NCBI GenBank assembly: GCA_015655545.1
Contig: JAATET010000071.1
Coordinates: 2,526 to 66,525, forward strand
Source of the DNA: Chthoniobacterales bacterium
GTDB taxonomy: Bacteria; Verrucomicrobiota; Verrucomicrobiia; Chthoniobacterales; JAATET01
DNA length: 64,000 bases
Direction of reading: 5' to 3'
Part shown: one piece after another, positions 63,804-64,000 of the stretch
How positions within the stretch are numbered: the stretch's first letter is position 1
Layout of the letters: every line of letters begins with the position of its first letter
The notes under the pieces: generated by a model
What the model was told of the DNA's origin: nothing
The model's input: the letters and a program-made list of their open reading frames with translations, nothing else
Databases searched by the model: none
Made by a program: the position numbers and the translations under genes

Positions 63804-64000
63804 TTAGCGAGTAATCCATTTCAGCTTGTCGCGCTGGACCTTTTCGACCTCGAGAAGCTCGGTCTTCTTGTATTCCAGCGCCGCGGAGACGTGCTTGATG
63901 TCGCGGCAGAGGCGGCGCATTCCATCCGGCTCGAGCGAGGCGGCATGGTCCGTGCCCTTCCATGTGCGATCGAGCGTAAAATGCCGCTCCACCCAGGCGG
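63804..64000 (-). CDS. NeuB-family nonulosonate (sialic-acid/Kdn-type) synthase, C-terminal end only (gene continues beyond the window)
   Basis: 'ERHFTLDRTWKGTDHAASLEPDGMRRLCRDI' matches the conserved NeuB-family 'HFTLD...G.DH..SLEP.E' segment. The ORF is open at the window edge. Confidence 0.65.
   Translation of the reverse strand, partial: AWVERHFTLDRTWKGTDHAASLEPDGMRRLCRDIKHVSAALEYKKTELLEVEKVQRDKLKWITR

Noticed and set aside
28411-64000. The glycan locus as a horizontally acquired genomic island.
   Set aside because: I saw no flanking tRNA, integrase, transposase or direct repeats. By eye there is no obvious compositional break at 28.4 kb. The 5' boundary lies outside the window, so the idea cannot be supported from this sequence.

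Overview
This is a high-GC bacterial chromosomal window (roughly 60-65% GC by eye). I saw no rRNA, tRNA, CRISPR array, transposase or integrase. All calls come from motif recognition in the supplied ORF translations, plus manual checks of start and stop codons in the DNA. No searches were run.

Positions 1-28.4 kb hold ordinary, mostly housekeeping genes:
- a GH92 hydrolase and an overlapping GT1 + arylamine N-acetyltransferase pair
- two tandem DUF1080 genes
- a minus-strand sppA-CPBP-thiL-corA-GT28-HAD operon
- an rsmA::Nudix fusion, recA and cdsA-dxr
- tolB-pal-degT and a hybrid PAS sensor kinase
- ilvE, mcsA-mcsB-clpC and a PL3-like lyase

From 28,466 to the window end (more than 35 kb) all 35 ORFs (34 loci, one split in three) lie on the minus strand. 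They form one very large glycan-assembly locus that ends in a clear hairpin + T-run terminator at about 28,411-28,441. The locus encodes:
- about 19 glycosyltransferase-type genes (GT4, GT2, GT8-like, GT32-like, GT-C-like, and an HP-motif sialyltransferase-like gene)
- four sulfotransferase-fold genes
- a nonulosonic-acid branch (NeuB-like synthase plus a cytidylyltransferase::KdsC-like phosphatase fusion)
- methyl- and acetyltransferases and rfbA
- an ABC-2 permease with no adjacent ATPase

The most unusual part is a duplicated module: a family-2-like sulfotransferase, a DUF115/Maf-like multidomain transferase and a small TM/coiled-coil protein. One Maf-like copy is interrupted by two in-frame stop codons inside conserved domains. 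At least 15 gene junctions in the locus are 4-nt start/stop overlaps (ATGA/GTGA/TTGA), and many use non-ATG starts. No priming phosphoglycosyl transferase, Wzx/Wzy, PCP/OPX or ABC ATPase is recognisable in the window, so the assembly and export route cannot be assigned.
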